Of a DNA stretch of 64,000 nt, positions 1-11,854 are shown one piece after another; position 1 is the first letter of the stretch, and each line of letters starts with the position of its first letter. The position numbers were made by a program, and so were the translations under genes. The stretch lies in NCBI GenBank assembly GCA_001917535.1, contig MNEF01000029.1, positions 13,815 through 77,814 of the forward strand, read 5' to 3'. Under the pieces are notes generated by a model. It ran no database searches. It worked only from the letters and a program-made list of their open reading frames with translations, and had not been told where the DNA came from. Origin of the DNA: Candidatus Rokubacteria bacterium 13_1_40CM_69_27 (GTDB lineage Bacteria > Methylomirabilota > Methylomirabilia > Rokubacteriales > CSP1-6).

Positions 1-550
1 GCCCCGGGCCCCGCGCCGCGCCGAAGACGCGCGCGCGCCCGCTCGACCAGGACGGGTGGTGCTCGACCTCCCAGATGAGATACCGGATGGCGAGGAAAGC
101 GCCGGCGCCCAGACCGAGCATCATGCCCAGGCCCGACAGCGACAGCGCGCTCGTCGCCGAGAAGAAGCCGCCGATGTTGCAACCGAAGGCGAGGATGGCG
201 CCAACGCCCATGAGCAGGCCGCCCAGCGCGCCCTTTACCAGCTCTCCGGCCGGCGGCACGCGCACGGCGAACTCGCAGCTGAGCAGCGCCGCCACCAGGC
301 CGCCCACCAGCACGCCGGTGTTCAGCAGCGCTCCCGAGTAGAGCCACGGCGCGATCAAGTCCGGGCGGTGCAGCGCGCCGAGCCCGGTGAGGATCCAGTC
401 GCCCCAGTTCCGCATGCCGTCGGAAGCGGTCCAGGGGCGATCGAAGGCGAAGAGGAAGACGTTCACCGTGGCCACCAGCACGGCCGCGCCCCACACGGGC
501 CAGGGCCGCCGGAACATCGCGTCATGCTGCGCGGCGAAGAGCCCTTTCAT
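1..550 (-). CDS. YeeE/YedE family sulfur-compound (thiosulfate) transporter, runs off the left edge
   Basis: Manual translation (not in ORF track): MKGLFAAQHDAMFRRPWPVW...GGLLMGVGAILAFGCNIGGFFS, the YeeE/YedE GC-x-G motif; alternative start at 562. Confidence 0.8.
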   Translation of the reverse strand, partial: MKGLFAAQHDAMFRRPWPVWGAAVLVATVNVFLFAFDRPWTASDGMRNWGDWILTGLGALHRPDLIAPWLYSGALLNTGVLVGGLVAALLSCEFAVRVPPAGELVKGALGGLLMGVGAILAFGCNIGGFFSATSALSLSGLGMMLGLGAGAFLAIRYLIWEVEHHPSWSSGRARVFGAARGPG

Positions 551-642
551 TCGGACGAGCATTCTAGCATTACGCCGTGACCAGCGGGGCCGGCGAGGTA
601 TCATCCAGCAACCCACCGCCCAATGGAGCCGGAAGCGCAACG

Positions 643-875
643 ATGAATCTGGCGGCTCTCGGCAAGGACAACGTCCGGACATTCGGCGAGTGCCCGGCGC
701 TCGCGTTCGAGGGCCGCCAGCTGACCGCGCCGCCAATCGACTGGCCAACGCGCTGCGCCGGCTCGGCGCGGGTCCGGGCGACCGGGTCGTCGTCATGCTC
801 CCGAACTGCCCGGAGGTGATGCAGATGTACGCGGCGACCGCCAGCCCGAGGAAACCGCTGGCTTCCTTTATATAG
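643..875 (+). pseudogene. N-terminal remnant of an AMP-binding acyl-CoA synthetase, frameshifted and truncated
   Basis: MNLAALGKDNVRTFGECPALAFEGRQLT, then in another frame RAANRLANALRRLGAGPGDRVVVMLPNCPE; ends soon after. Confidence 0.7.
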
Positions 876-876
876 C

Positions 877-930
877 ATGCTGGGCGATGCGCTTCGCGAC
901 GTGCTCGACCCGCGCCTGCGCGGATCGTAA
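877..930 (+). pseudogene. 3' remnant of a DppC/OppC-like peptide ABC permease
   Basis: Reads MLGDALRDVLDPRLRGS*, matching the typical LGDxLRDxLDPR C-terminus. Confidence 0.55.
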
Positions 931-1062
931 CCCCCTGCCGCCGGCACCGATCAGAAACATCGAGCGGTGTCCGGCGTTCTGACACCGATCCGTCCACGGG
1001 CCTCGGCCGGAATCGCCGCGGAACCCTCGTCAAAATTGGCACGATTCCCCCGTTCGGGGAGT

Positions 1063-1079
1063 TTGGCACGGGCGCTGCA
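1063..1079 (+). promoter_or_regulatory. Sigma-54 (-24/-12) promoter
   Basis: TTGGCACGGGCGCTGCA has correct GG-N10-GC spacing and lies about 70 bp upstream of the ATG at 1149. Confidence 0.6.
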
Positions 1080-1148
1080 CAACTCACACGCGGTTCGAAA
1101 TCGGGCTTGCCCGGATGGCGGGGCAGGCCACATGAACGAGGTGGAGCA

Positions 1149-2084
1149 ATGGAACACAGGCAGCCCATCGTGGGGTTGAAGCGCTGGAGCCTTTTCCTCA
1201 TCGTCGCGCTCATGCTCGGCGCGGCGGTTCCGGCGGGAGCCCAGAAGCCGGCGGAGACCGATACCCAGCTCGGCAAGGAGGCGAGGGAGATCGACGCCTC
1301 GGCGAGTCGCGCGGACGCGGCGCGCGTGTCCCGGCGGATCGCCGAAGAATTCTCCACGGTCCAGGTGAAGTCGTCGGCCACGGACCCGAACGCGCGGCCT
1401 CTGACGCTCCAGGACGTCCAGACCCTCCGGAGCAAGGGGCTCGGCTACGGCGAGATCACGATTCTCCTGGCCCTCTACGCCCGCCAGTCGAGCGTCACGT
1501 TCTCCACGATCGATCAGATCCGGGAGATGAAGCAGTCGGGCCAGGGTTGGGGCCCGATCGCGAAGACCCTCGGCGTCGAGCGGCTGGGTGCCGTGCGACG
1601 CGACGTCAAGCGGACCGATCACGCCGTCCGCGCCCTCGCCCAACCGATGAACGAGGGGGAGCAGAAGCACGCCGCCCAGCTCCAGGCGGAAGCCAAGGGG
1701 GTCGACGCGGAGGCGGCCGCGGCCGGATCCACCCCGGACGGCCAGCGGCGGGTGACACAGGCCATCGCGAAGGAATTCAAGGTCGACGAGTCGGTGGTCA
1801 CCAGCCTGCGCAATCGGGGGCTCGGCTTCGGCGAGGTGGCCATCACCCTCGCGCTCGCGGACGAGCTGAAGAAGCGCGGGATGACCGACCAGGACGCTCT
1901 CAAGACGATCCTGGATCGACGGGCTGCCGGCCAGGGCTGGGGCCAGATCACCCACGACCTCGACCTCAAGCTCGGCCGCGTGCTCAGCAAGGTCAAGAAG
2001 ACGCAGAAGGAAGTCGCACACGCCGACGGCGCGGGGGCGGCGAAGGCCGAGAAGCCTGAGCGAACGGAGCGGGTCGGACGCTGA
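1149..2084 (+). CDS. Secreted hypothetical protein with an internal two-fold repeat
   Basis: Signal peptide ending AVPAGA-Q; repeats GLGYGEITILLALY...GQGWGPIAKTLG and GLGFGEVAITLALA...GQGWGQITHDLD; GGAG before ATG. Confidence 0.75.
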   Translation: MEHRQPIVGLKRWSLFLIVALMLGAAVPAGAQKPAETDTQLGKEAREIDASASRADAARVSRRIAEEFSTVQVKSSATDPNARPLTLQDVQTLRSKGLGYGEITILLALYARQSSVTFSTIDQIREMKQSGQGWGPIAKTLGVERLGAVRRDVKRTDHAVRALAQPMNEGEQKHAAQLQAEAKGVDAEAAAAGSTPDGQRRVTQAIAKEFKVDESVVTSLRNRGLGFGEVAITLALADELKKRGMTDQDALKTILDRRAAGQGWGQITHDLDLKLGRVLSKVKKTQKEVAHADGAGAAKAEKPERTERVGR

Positions 2085-2238
2085 TGAACCGCCGGGCGCC
2101 GGCGCGGCAACTCCGCCGCGCCGGCGCCCGTTTCCATTTGTAAGGCCGAGTTGTCAGGCCGAGGCCCCTGTGACTATGCTCAAGCCCAGAGACCGCCCGC
2201 TGACAGGCGACTCCATCATCCTCGACCGGAGAACAGCT

Positions 2239-3012
2239 ATGCGCTACTGCGCTGTCATGATCGTGGTCGGGCTCACCTTCGTCGGCGTCACCCCCGCCCT
2301 GGCCGAGGACCCGCACTGGCTGTTTTCGACCTCCATCAACTACTCGCGCGGCGACTACGGCACCGACGAAAACACCACGATCGTCTACGTGCCGTTCACC
2401 TTCGGCGCCGCCTGGGACCGGCTGGAGTTCAAGCTCACCGTGCCGTACCTCCGTCAGACGTCGGAGAACGTCACCGTGACCGGCGGCGGCGTCGCCGTAC
2501 GGAGCGGACAGCAGGCCCGGACCACCGAGGGCGGCATCGGCGATATCCTGCTGCGGGGGTCCTACATCATCCTCGAGGAGCAACAGGTACTCCCCGAGGT
2601 CGCCCCCTACGTCAAGATCAAGTTCCCCACCGCCGACGAGGATCGGGGGCTGGGCACGGGCAAGTTCGATGAAACGCTTGGCGTCGACTTTGCCAAGACC
2701 TTCCTGGAGCGCTGGACGGGATTTCTGACCCTGGCCTACACGTTCATCGGCTCGCCCTCCGGGGCGGACCTCCGCGACTCCTTCAGCTGGTCCATGGGGG
2801 CGGCCTACAGCGTGACGCGGCCGCTCAGCGTCTTTGCGTTCCTCGATGGCGCGCAGGCCATCTCTCCGCACCAGGTAGATCCCTGGGGGCTGCGTTTCGG
2901 CTCGGAGTACCGGCTCACCAGGGTCATGAAGCTGACGGGCTCGGTGGGCGTCGGGCTCACCCGCGGCGAGGCCGACTTCAGCCTGTCGGGCGGGGTCGCG
3001 TTCCGGTTCTGA
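2239..3012 (+). CDS. Outer-membrane beta-barrel protein (transporter/MetA-pathway-like)
   Basis: Signal peptide ALA-E, alternating beta-strand pattern, GGIGDILL and KFPTAD...GLGTG motifs, C-terminal FRF. Confidence 0.7.
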   Translation: MRYCAVMIVVGLTFVGVTPALAEDPHWLFSTSINYSRGDYGTDENTTIVYVPFTFGAAWDRLEFKLTVPYLRQTSENVTVTGGGVAVRSGQQARTTEGGIGDILLRGSYIILEEQQVLPEVAPYVKIKFPTADEDRGLGTGKFDETLGVDFAKTFLERWTGFLTLAYTFIGSPSGADLRDSFSWSMGAAYSVTRPLSVFAFLDGAQAISPHQVDPWGLRFGSEYRLTRVMKLTGSVGVGLTRGEADFSLSGGVAFRF

Positions 3013-3016
3013 GAGC

Positions 3017-3825
3017 CTACTTCCCCAGGGCCTTGCGCCGCCAGAGCTCCCACGGGCGGCCGTAGGTCCCGGAGACCGAGGCGTCCGCCTTGCGCGCCTC
3101 CTCGGGATCGAGGTAGGTGACGGGGCCCAGCGCCATCGCCTGGGCCTGCAGCCGCGCGTTCATCTCCATATAGACGCTGCGGGCGACGGCGTGGACGATC
3201 GTGGGGCCCACGACCACCGCGCCGTGGCCGCGCATGATGGCAGTGGTGTGCTGGCCCACCGTCTGCGCCAGCGCCCGGCCGAGCTGCGGGTTACGGACGA
3301 GGAGGTCCGTCAGGCCGCCCGCGTTCCGGATCTCGAAGACCGGTACGCCCTCGCCCAGGAACGCCGCCATATGATAGATGGGTCGAAGCGCGGCCGTGCT
3401 CACGCTGAAGGGGATGACCGACGGCGAGTGATGGTGGACGATGGCCTTGACGTCCGGCCGGACCTTGTAGATCTCGCCGTGGATGAACCGCTCGAGGTAG
3501 CTGGTCCGGCCCCGGGCATCCACCGGATTATTGTCGAGGTCGTACTCCATGATGTCCGCGGCCGTCACCAGCTCGGGGGCGAGCGAGCGCGACATAAGAT
3601 ATCGGTTGGCGTCGCGGTCGTGCCGCACGCTGACGTGTCCGTAGCCGTCGAGCACGCCCTGATCCACCAGGATGCGGTTGGCGGCGACGAGGTCCTCGAT
3701 CAGCTTGGGGTCGGCCGGTCCGGCCGAGGCGGGGGCGGGCTCGGCCGCCGCCCGCCGGGTCACCCCCAGGACGACCACCGGCAGGACGCGGCAGCCGGAC
3801 ACGAGGAGCTGGCGGCGCGTCACCA

Positions 3826-3826
<1 letters not shown>
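3017..3826 (-). CDS. Class II aldolase/adducin family protein with a Tat-like signal
   Basis: GHVSVR, ERFIHGEIY, VHHHSP and MRGHG metal-binding motifs; N-terminal TRRQLL. Confidence 0.85.
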
Positions 3827-5904
<2,078 letters not shown>

Positions 5905-5956
5905 TCGCGACCTCCCGGGGCGGAGCGATGCGGTGGGGAGATGCTACCATATTTGC

Positions 5957-6060
5957 TCGGAGGGGGACTCCGTCCCCCGTCCTCGTCGGAGGGGGCCTCG
6001 ACGGCCCCCTCCGAGACCTCCCCCTAGGATAGGTCGCGCCGGCGGAGCCGGCGCTCGAGC
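5957..6060 (+). repeat. Dispersed palindromic (REP-like) element, copy 1
   Basis: TCGGAGGGGGCCTCGACGGCCCCCTCCGA hairpin, then CCTCCCCCTAGGA, then GCGCCGGCGGAGCCGGCGCTCGA hairpin. Confidence 0.85.
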
Positions 6061-6066
6061 TCCGGT

Positions 6067-7302
6067 TCAGCGCGTGAGGACCTGCTGGACCCGCGCGACG
6101 ATGTCGTCGTCGGAACCGGTGAGGTCGACGGGCGGCGGCAGCGGTGGGGGCTCGTTCTTGATCCCGCTTCCGGTGAGGACGAGGACGATCCGGGCATCGG
6201 CGGCGAGCGCGCCCCGGTCTTTCAGCTGAATCAGCGCCGCGACCGTCGCCGCCGCCTCCGGCGCCGTCCACACGCCGTCGACCCGCGCCAGCAGGCGCTG
6301 GGCCTGGCGGATGGCGGTCTCGCTCACGGCCAGGGCCTCGCCCTTGCTCTCGCGGATCACGCCGAGCATCTGACGTCCCGCGAAGGGAGAGGGCACGCGC
6401 AGCCCCGCCGCGTGGGTCACCGGGCTCGCCCAGGGGCTGGTCGTCTCGGCGCCCTCACGCCATGCCTTGACGACCGGCGCGCAGCCCTCGGCCTGCACGC
6501 TGACGAAGCGCGGCAACGCGCCGGCGAGCCATCCCATCGCCCGCAGCTCCTCGTAGGCCTTGGCGATACCGACCAGGCCGGTGCCGCCGCCGGTAGGGTA
6601 GACGAGGAGGTCGGGCATGGTCCAGCCCAGCTGCTCGGCCAGCTCGAGCCCCATCGTCTTCTTGCCCTCGAGGCGGTACGGCTCCTTGAGCGTCGAGAGA
6701 TCGAACCAGCCGACCTGGGGCGCGACCTCGGCGACGATCTTGCCGGCGGTGGCGATCGAGCCCTCGACCGTGAAGACGTGCGCGCCGGCGATCAGCGCCT
6801 CGGCGACCGCTGCGGGCGGCGTGCCCCGTGGCACGATCACGGCGCACGGCAGGCCGCACCGCGCCGCGTACACCGCCGCCGCGCCGCCGGCGTTGCCCGC
6901 CGACGGGATGACGAAGCCCCGGGCCCCCAGGGTCCGGGCCCGCGTGATCGCCATGCCGAGCCCCCGGGCCTTGAAGGTGCCGGTGGGATTCTGGCCCTCG
7001 TCCTTGGCCAGCACGTGGCGCAGCCCAAGCTGCGCGGCCAGTCGCGGCAGCGGTAGCAGCGGCGTGCCTCCCTCGCCGAGCGTCACCGGCTCCTCGCCGT
7101 CGTCCAGCGGGGTCAGCTCGCGGAAGCGGTACATCCCCGGCGGCCGGCCGCGCAGCGCATCCTTGCTCACGTGCGCCGCCAGGCGCTCGAGGTCGTAGCG
7201 CGCAGCCAGCATCTGGCTGCACCTCTCGCACACGGTGAGCAGGCGCTTGGCGTCGTGGCGGTGACCGCACACGGTGCACTCGACGTGGGTGAGAAAGCTC
7301 AT
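6067..7302 (-). CDS. thrC: Threonine synthase (PLP-dependent)
   Basis: N-terminal CxxC...CxxC; TLGEGGTP, KDEGQNPTGTFKARG, SAGNAG, EGKKTMGLE. Confidence 0.9.
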   Translation of the reverse strand: MSFLTHVECTVCGHRHDAKRLLTVCERCSQMLAARYDLERLAAHVSKDALRGRPPGMYRFRELTPLDDGEEPVTLGEGGTPLLPLPRLAAQLGLRHVLAKDEGQNPTGTFKARGLGMAITRARTLGARGFVIPSAGNAGGAAAVYAARCGLPCAVIVPRGTPPAAVAEALIAGAHVFTVEGSIATAGKIVAEVAPQVGWFDLSTLKEPYRLEGKKTMGLELAEQLGWTMPDLLVYPTGGGTGLVGIAKAYEELRAMGWLAGALPRFVSVQAEGCAPVVKAWREGAETTSPWASPVTHAAGLRVPSPFAGRQMLGVIRESKGEALAVSETAIRQAQRLLARVDGVWTAPEAAATVAALIQLKDRGALAADARIVLVLTGSGIKNEPPPLPPPVDLTGSDDDIVARVQQVLTR

Positions 7303-7430
7303 CGCGATTTCTGGCTCGTGGGGGTCCTGAGCGCGAGTATAGCCCACGGACCGCCCGCGAGCCGTGTATCGGAATGCCGACGCTGACGAGCCTCCACCAC
7401 CACGCTAGAATGGCCGGCAGGAGACTCCCC

Positions 7431-7918
7431 ATGAGCGATCTCCTCACGCGGCGCCGGTTCACCGTCGAGGAGTACCATCGGATGGGCTCGGCGGAAATCC
7501 TCGCCAAGGACGAGCCGGTCGAGCTCATCGCCGGGGAGATCGTCGTGCGCGAGCCGATCGGCTCGCGGCACGCCGGCACGGTGAACCACCTCACTCATCT
7601 CTGGACGTGGCGGCTGGGGGAGCGTGCCGTCGTCCAGATCCAGAACCCCATCGAATTCCTGAAGGAAGACTCCGAGCCCCAGCCAGATGTGACGCTGCTG
7701 CGTCCACGCGCGGACTCTTACAGGGCGGCGCACCCGGTGGCGGCCGACGTCCTGCTCCTCGTCGAGGTGGCGGACGGCAGCCTCGCCGTCGATCGCCGCG
7801 TGCGGATGCCGCTCTACGCGCGCGCCGGCATCCGCGAGGCCTGGCTCCTGGATCTGACGGCGGACCGCGTGGAGGTCTACCGCGCGCCGACCGCTGACAG
7901 CTACCAGCACGTGGTGTA
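7431..7918 (+). pseudogene. Uma2 family endonuclease lacking its C-terminus (ORF reads on to 8138 through antisense sequence)
   Basis: RRFTVEEYHRM, VELIAGEIV, SEPQPDV, LLVEVAD, LYARAGIREAWLLDL; similarity ends near 7915. Confidence 0.75.
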
Positions 7919-8105
7919 TCACGTAGGCGAACTCGTTGGCGATCGCCGCGTGCTCCTCACCGCAGAATCCGGGCGGGAACGTGTACTCCACCACCGCCAC
8001 CGCCTCGTTGTTCAGCACGACCTTGTCGGCGACGTCCTGCGTCGTCCCTCCCGCCGGCACGAGCAGGGCCAGCACCGTCCCCAGCATGGCATGGCGTGGC
8101 TTCAC
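7917..8105 (-). pseudogene. N-terminal fragment of a secreted cupin-like protein
   Basis: GGAGGT RBS, GTG start, signal peptide, KVVLNNEAVAVVEYTFPPGFCGEEHAAIANEFAYV, then collides with the Uma2 gene. Confidence 0.55.
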
Positions 8106-8146
8106 CGGACACCTCCGACCTGGCGCGGGCGCGATTGAGACGACAT

Positions 8147-8222
8147 TTCGAGCGCGGGCGGAGCCCGCGCAACCGAGTCCTGGGGGGAGGTATCGGAAGG
8201 GGGGCAAAGCCCCCCTCCGAGG
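8147..8222 (-). repeat. Dispersed palindromic element, copy 2
   Basis: Reverse-orientation copy with both hairpins, starting directly after the ispH TAG. Confidence 0.8.
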
Positions 8223-9215
8223 CTAAATCGACTGACGCATGACGGTCCGCGAGGGCAGAGTGATCTCCCGCTCGCGAGCCATGTGCTCGAGCTCCGAGGG
8301 CAGCCCGAACCGCACGTTCTCCTCGACGACGTGAACCTCCCGCACCGCGGCGCCCCCTCGTCGGAGCGCTGCCACCGTCTCCGTGACCAGGATCTCGGGC
8401 GTGGATGCGCCGGCGGTCACGCCGATCCGCTGGGCGCCCTGCAGCCACTCGGCCTTGACGTCGTGGACATTGTTGATCAGGTAGGCCGGCGTGCCGGCCG
8501 ACTGCGCCACCTCGACCAGTCGGATGGCGTTCGAGCTGTTGGCCGCGCCGATCACCAGCAGCACGTCCACGTCGCCCGCCACCGTCTTCACGGCCGCCTG
8601 GCGGTTCTGCGTCGCGTAGCAGATGTCGTCCCGGGACGGGCCCACGATCCTGGGAAACCGGCGCCGGAGCGCCTCGATGACGTCCCGCGTGTCGTCCACC
8701 GACAGCGTCGTCTGTGTGAGGTAGGCGATCTTCTCGGGGTTCGGAACCTTCAGCTTCTCGACCTCGGCGACGCTGTCGATGACGAAGATGCGTCGGGGCG
8801 CCTCGCCCAGGGTGCCGATCACCTCGTCGTGGTCCTCGTGGCCGATGAGGATGATGGAGTAGTTTTCTCGCGCGTACCGGATCGCCTCCAGGTGCACCTT
8901 GGTGACGAGCGGGCACGTCGCGTCGATCACCCGCAGGCCGCGGCGAGCGGCGTCCTCCCGCACGGCCGGGGAGACCCCGTGAGCGCTGAAGATCACCGTG
9001 GCGCGGTCGGGAACCTCGTTCAGCTCGTCGACGAATATCGCGCCCTTGGCCCGGAGCTTCTCCACGACGTAGCCGTTGTGGACGATCTCTCGCCGCACGT
9101 AGACGGGCGGCCGGCACACCTCCAGCGCCAGCTCCACGATGTCGATGGCGCGCTCGACCCCGGCGCAGAAACCCCGGGGACCGGCCAGGACGATTTCGGC
9201 GATGGACGTGGCCAT
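8223..9215 (-). CDS. ispH: 4-hydroxy-3-methylbut-2-enyl diphosphate reductase
   Basis: PRGFCAGVERA, FSAHGV, DATCPLVTKVH, DDICYATQNRQ, NSSN. Confidence 0.95.
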   Translation of the reverse strand: MATSIAEIVLAGPRGFCAGVERAIDIVELALEVCRPPVYVRREIVHNGYVVEKLRAKGAIFVDELNEVPDRATVIFSAHGVSPAVREDAARRGLRVIDATCPLVTKVHLEAIRYARENYSIILIGHEDHDEVIGTLGEAPRRIFVIDSVAEVEKLKVPNPEKIAYLTQTTLSVDDTRDVIEALRRRFPRIVGPSRDDICYATQNRQAAVKTVAGDVDVLLVIGAANSSNAIRLVEVAQSAGTPAYLINNVHDVKAEWLQGAQRIGVTAGASTPEILVTETVAALRRGGAAVREVHVVEENVRFGLPSELEHMAREREITLPSRTVMRQSI

Positions 9216-9222
9216 GTGGCTC

Positions 9223-9828
9223 CTACTTGAAGAAGAATGATACGCCTGCCAGGCCCGTATGTGCCTCGAAACCTCGATTGGGGGTCTCGGTGTTCCCGTT
9301 GGACATGTGGACCAGGCGGTAACCGGCGTAGATCGCGGTGTGGTCGGTGATGAAGATCGAAGCTCCCAGGCCGCCGGCCAGCCAGAACGCGAACTCGGAT
9401 CGGATCTCCCTGACCCTGAGATCGGTGGCCCCCGCGGCTCCGGCGATCTCCACATAGGGAACGACGCGGCCGAACGACAGGAAATGGTAGCGGCCCACCA
9501 GCCCGAGGCCGGCGTAGAAGGCCGTCACCGGCTCGGTGTACCTCTGGTAGACCGGCTCCAGCCCGATCTCCAGCGCGCCGTGGAGCAACCCATTCCCCAG
9601 CGGCTGGAAGGGCAGCAGCGACGCGCGGACGCCGGCGTACCAGAGATCGAGACCGGTCTGGACGTCCTGGCCGTCGAGGTTGTGCTGAGCGCCGCCTCCG
9701 GCCTCGAGGGAGAGGATGCGTGTCCCCTTCTGGTACGCCTCGTCGGGGTCGAACGCCAGGGCGGGCCCGACCGTGGCCAGGAGTGCCCAGACCAGCGCGA
9801 GCCCGAGGACTCTCGGAGGCCACGTCAT
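9223..9828 (-). CDS. Acyloxyacyl hydrolase / lipid A deacylase (PagL-like) outer-membrane protein
   Basis: Signal peptide, beta-strand pattern, YRLVHMSNG...PNRG His-Ser motif, aromatic C-terminus. Confidence 0.75.
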   Translation of the reverse strand: MTWPPRVLGLALVWALLATVGPALAFDPDEAYQKGTRILSLEAGGGAQHNLDGQDVQTGLDLWYAGVRASLLPFQPLGNGLLHGALEIGLEPVYQRYTEPVTAFYAGLGLVGRYHFLSFGRVVPYVEIAGAAGATDLRVREIRSEFAFWLAGGLGASIFITDHTAIYAGYRLVHMSNGNTETPNRGFEAHTGLAGVSFFFK

Positions 9829-10850
9829 GGCTCGATCAGCACTTTCAACGCCTCGCCTCTCGACATGAGCTCGAGCGCCTCCCGGACGCGCTCCAGTCCC
9901 ATACGATGCGTGAGCAGGCCGTCGGGGTTCAGTGCGTCCGATTCAAGGAGCTCGACCCCCCGGCGGATCAGGTCAGGCGTATGGTGAAACGCGCCGACCA
10001 GGGTGAGCTCTTCGTAGTGCACTCGCCGTGTGTCGAGGGGCACGGTCGTTCCCGGCGCACAGCCGCCGAAGAATACCACGGTCCCGCCCCGCGTCGCCGC
10101 CGCCATCGCCTGCTGCCACACCTCCGGCAGGCCGGTGGCGTCCACGGTGACGTCGGCGCCCCGGCCGGCCGTCACCGCCCGGAGGTCGGCCACGACGTCG
10201 GCCGAGGCCGTGGCGTCGACGCACTCTCCGATCGCCAGCGCGCGCACCCGCTCGAATCGCCAACCGCGCTTGCCCACCAGGATCACGCGCGCCTTGCGGG
10301 AAGCCGCCACCATGCCGAGCAGGCAGCCGAGCGGCCCATGGCCGAAAACGACCACGGTCTGCCCGCGCTCCAGGCGTGCGCGCTCGATCGCGCCGAGGGC
10401 GCAGGCCAGAGGCTCGGCGAACGCCGCCCGCGCCGCGGAGAGCGCGCGGCCCAGGGGCACGACGTTACGCCGGACGAGACGCGGCGGCAGCGCGATGGCC
10501 TCGCCATAGGCCCCGTTGACGAAGAGCAGGTCCTCACACAGGTTGGCCCGACCGCCGAGACACAACGCGCACGCACCACAGGGCGCGGAGTTGGCCGCCA
10601 CCACGCGATCCCCTTCGCGGAGATCGCTCACGCCGGCGCCCACGGCGGACACGGTGCCGGCGAGCTCGTGGCCGAAGACGGTGGGCAGGCGGGGGATCAT
10701 GACCGGATGCCCGCGCCGGAGCGTCTTCACGTCGGTGCCGCAGGTGAGCGCGGCGTCGATCTTGACGACGATCTCGCCGGGTCCCGGCGTGGGCCACGGC
10801 AGATCCTCGTAGCGGAGATCGCCGGGGCCGTGGAAGACGACGGCCCTCAT
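9825..10850 (-). CDS. Zinc-binding (MDR) alcohol/polyol dehydrogenase
   Basis: CGTDVK, FGHELAG, CGACALC...C, GHGPLG; start overlaps the upstream stop. Confidence 0.85.
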   Translation of the reverse strand: MRAVVFHGPGDLRYEDLPWPTPGPGEIVVKIDAALTCGTDVKTLRRGHPVMIPRLPTVFGHELAGTVSAVGAGVSDLREGDRVVAANSAPCGACALCLGGRANLCEDLLFVNGAYGEAIALPPRLVRRNVVPLGRALSAARAAFAEPLACALGAIERARLERGQTVVVFGHGPLGCLLGMVAASRKARVILVGKRGWRFERVRALAIGECVDATASADVVADLRAVTAGRGADVTVDATGLPEVWQQAMAAATRGGTVVFFGGCAPGTTVPLDTRRVHYEELTLVGAFHHTPDLIRRGVELLESDALNPDGLLTHRMGLERVREALELMSRGEALKVLIEP

Positions 10851-11854
10851 GGGGTGACGTACACCTTGACGGCGTCGCGGCGGCGCATGAGATCGACGCC
10901 CTCGCCGAGACGCTCGATCGACACCCGGTGCGTGTACAGCCGTGCCACGGCGATCTCGCCCCCCGTGATGAGTCGAGACGACTCCGCCAGATCCGCCGGC
11001 GACGACGAATAGGTCGCCGTGATGGTGAGCTCTCGTTGATAGAGCGTATCGAGCGCGATCGGCAGCGCGTCGCCATGACCACCGGCGAAGTAGTGGATGC
11101 TGCCCCCGTCCCGGACGACGCCCACGGCCCACGCCAGAACGCTGGCGGCGCCGCCAGTGACGATCACGTGATCGGCTCCCCGGCCCTCCGAAAGCGTGGC
11201 GATCCGCCCCCGGGCGGCCGGCGGGCGCAGCGCCTCCAGGCCGAGTCGCTCGGCGAAGTCGATGCGGTGAACCGCGTCGTCGACGCCGACCACGGTGGCG
11301 CCGGCCCGCTGGAGCAGCGGGACGAAGAGGTGTCCGATCGAGCCCAGCCCCACCACCACGGCCGTGTCGCCCGCCGCGACGTCGGCGCGCCGCACCGCGC
11401 GCAGGCAGCAGCCGACGGGCTCGATGAACGACGCCGCCTCATCGCTGACGGGCGGCGGGATCTTGAACGTCGCGTGACGCACATTCGGCGCCGGCACCCG
11501 GACGTACTCCGCGAACCCACCAGGGTCGAGATGGCTGGTCTTGAAGGCCGGGCACATGGAGTGGCTGCCGCGCCGGCAGTAGTGACAGTCCCCACAGGGC
11601 ACGTGGTGGGCGGCCACGACACGGTCGCCGGGCGCGAAGTCCGCGACACCCGCGCCGATCTCCACCACATCGCCGACGATCTCGTGGCCGAAGACGGCCG
11701 GCGCCGCCGACGTCGGCGTCAGCATCTTCGCGATGTCCGAGCCGCAGAGCCCGCACCCGCGCAGCCGAAGCAGTAGCTCCCCGGGGCCGATCGAGGGGCG
11801 GGGCCACTCCTCGGTCTCGAGCCGCCCGGTGCCTCGGAAGACGGCGGCTCTCAC
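10847..11854 (-). CDS. Zinc-binding (MDR) alcohol/polyol dehydrogenase
   Basis: CGSDIAK, FGHEIVG, CGDCHYC...C, GLGSIG; GTG start overlaps the hpnD stop. Confidence 0.85.
   Translation of the reverse strand: MRAAVFRGTGRLETEEWPRPSIGPGELLLRLRGCGLCGSDIAKMLTPTSAAPAVFGHEIVGDVVEIGAGVADFAPGDRVVAAHHVPCGDCHYCRRGSHSMCPAFKTSHLDPGGFAEYVRVPAPNVRHATFKIPPPVSDEAASFIEPVGCCLRAVRRADVAAGDTAVVVGLGSIGHLFVPLLQRAGATVVGVDDAVHRIDFAERLGLEALRPPAARGRIATLSEGRGADHVIVTGGAASVLAWAVGVVRDGGSIHYFAGGHGDALPIALDTLYQRELTITATYSSSPADLAESSRLITGGEIAVARLYTHRVSIERLGEGVDLMRRRDAVKVYVTP

Noticed and set aside
7431..8138. Uma2 nuclease as a defence system
   Set aside because: Solitary, truncated and a common multi-copy family; no partner genes
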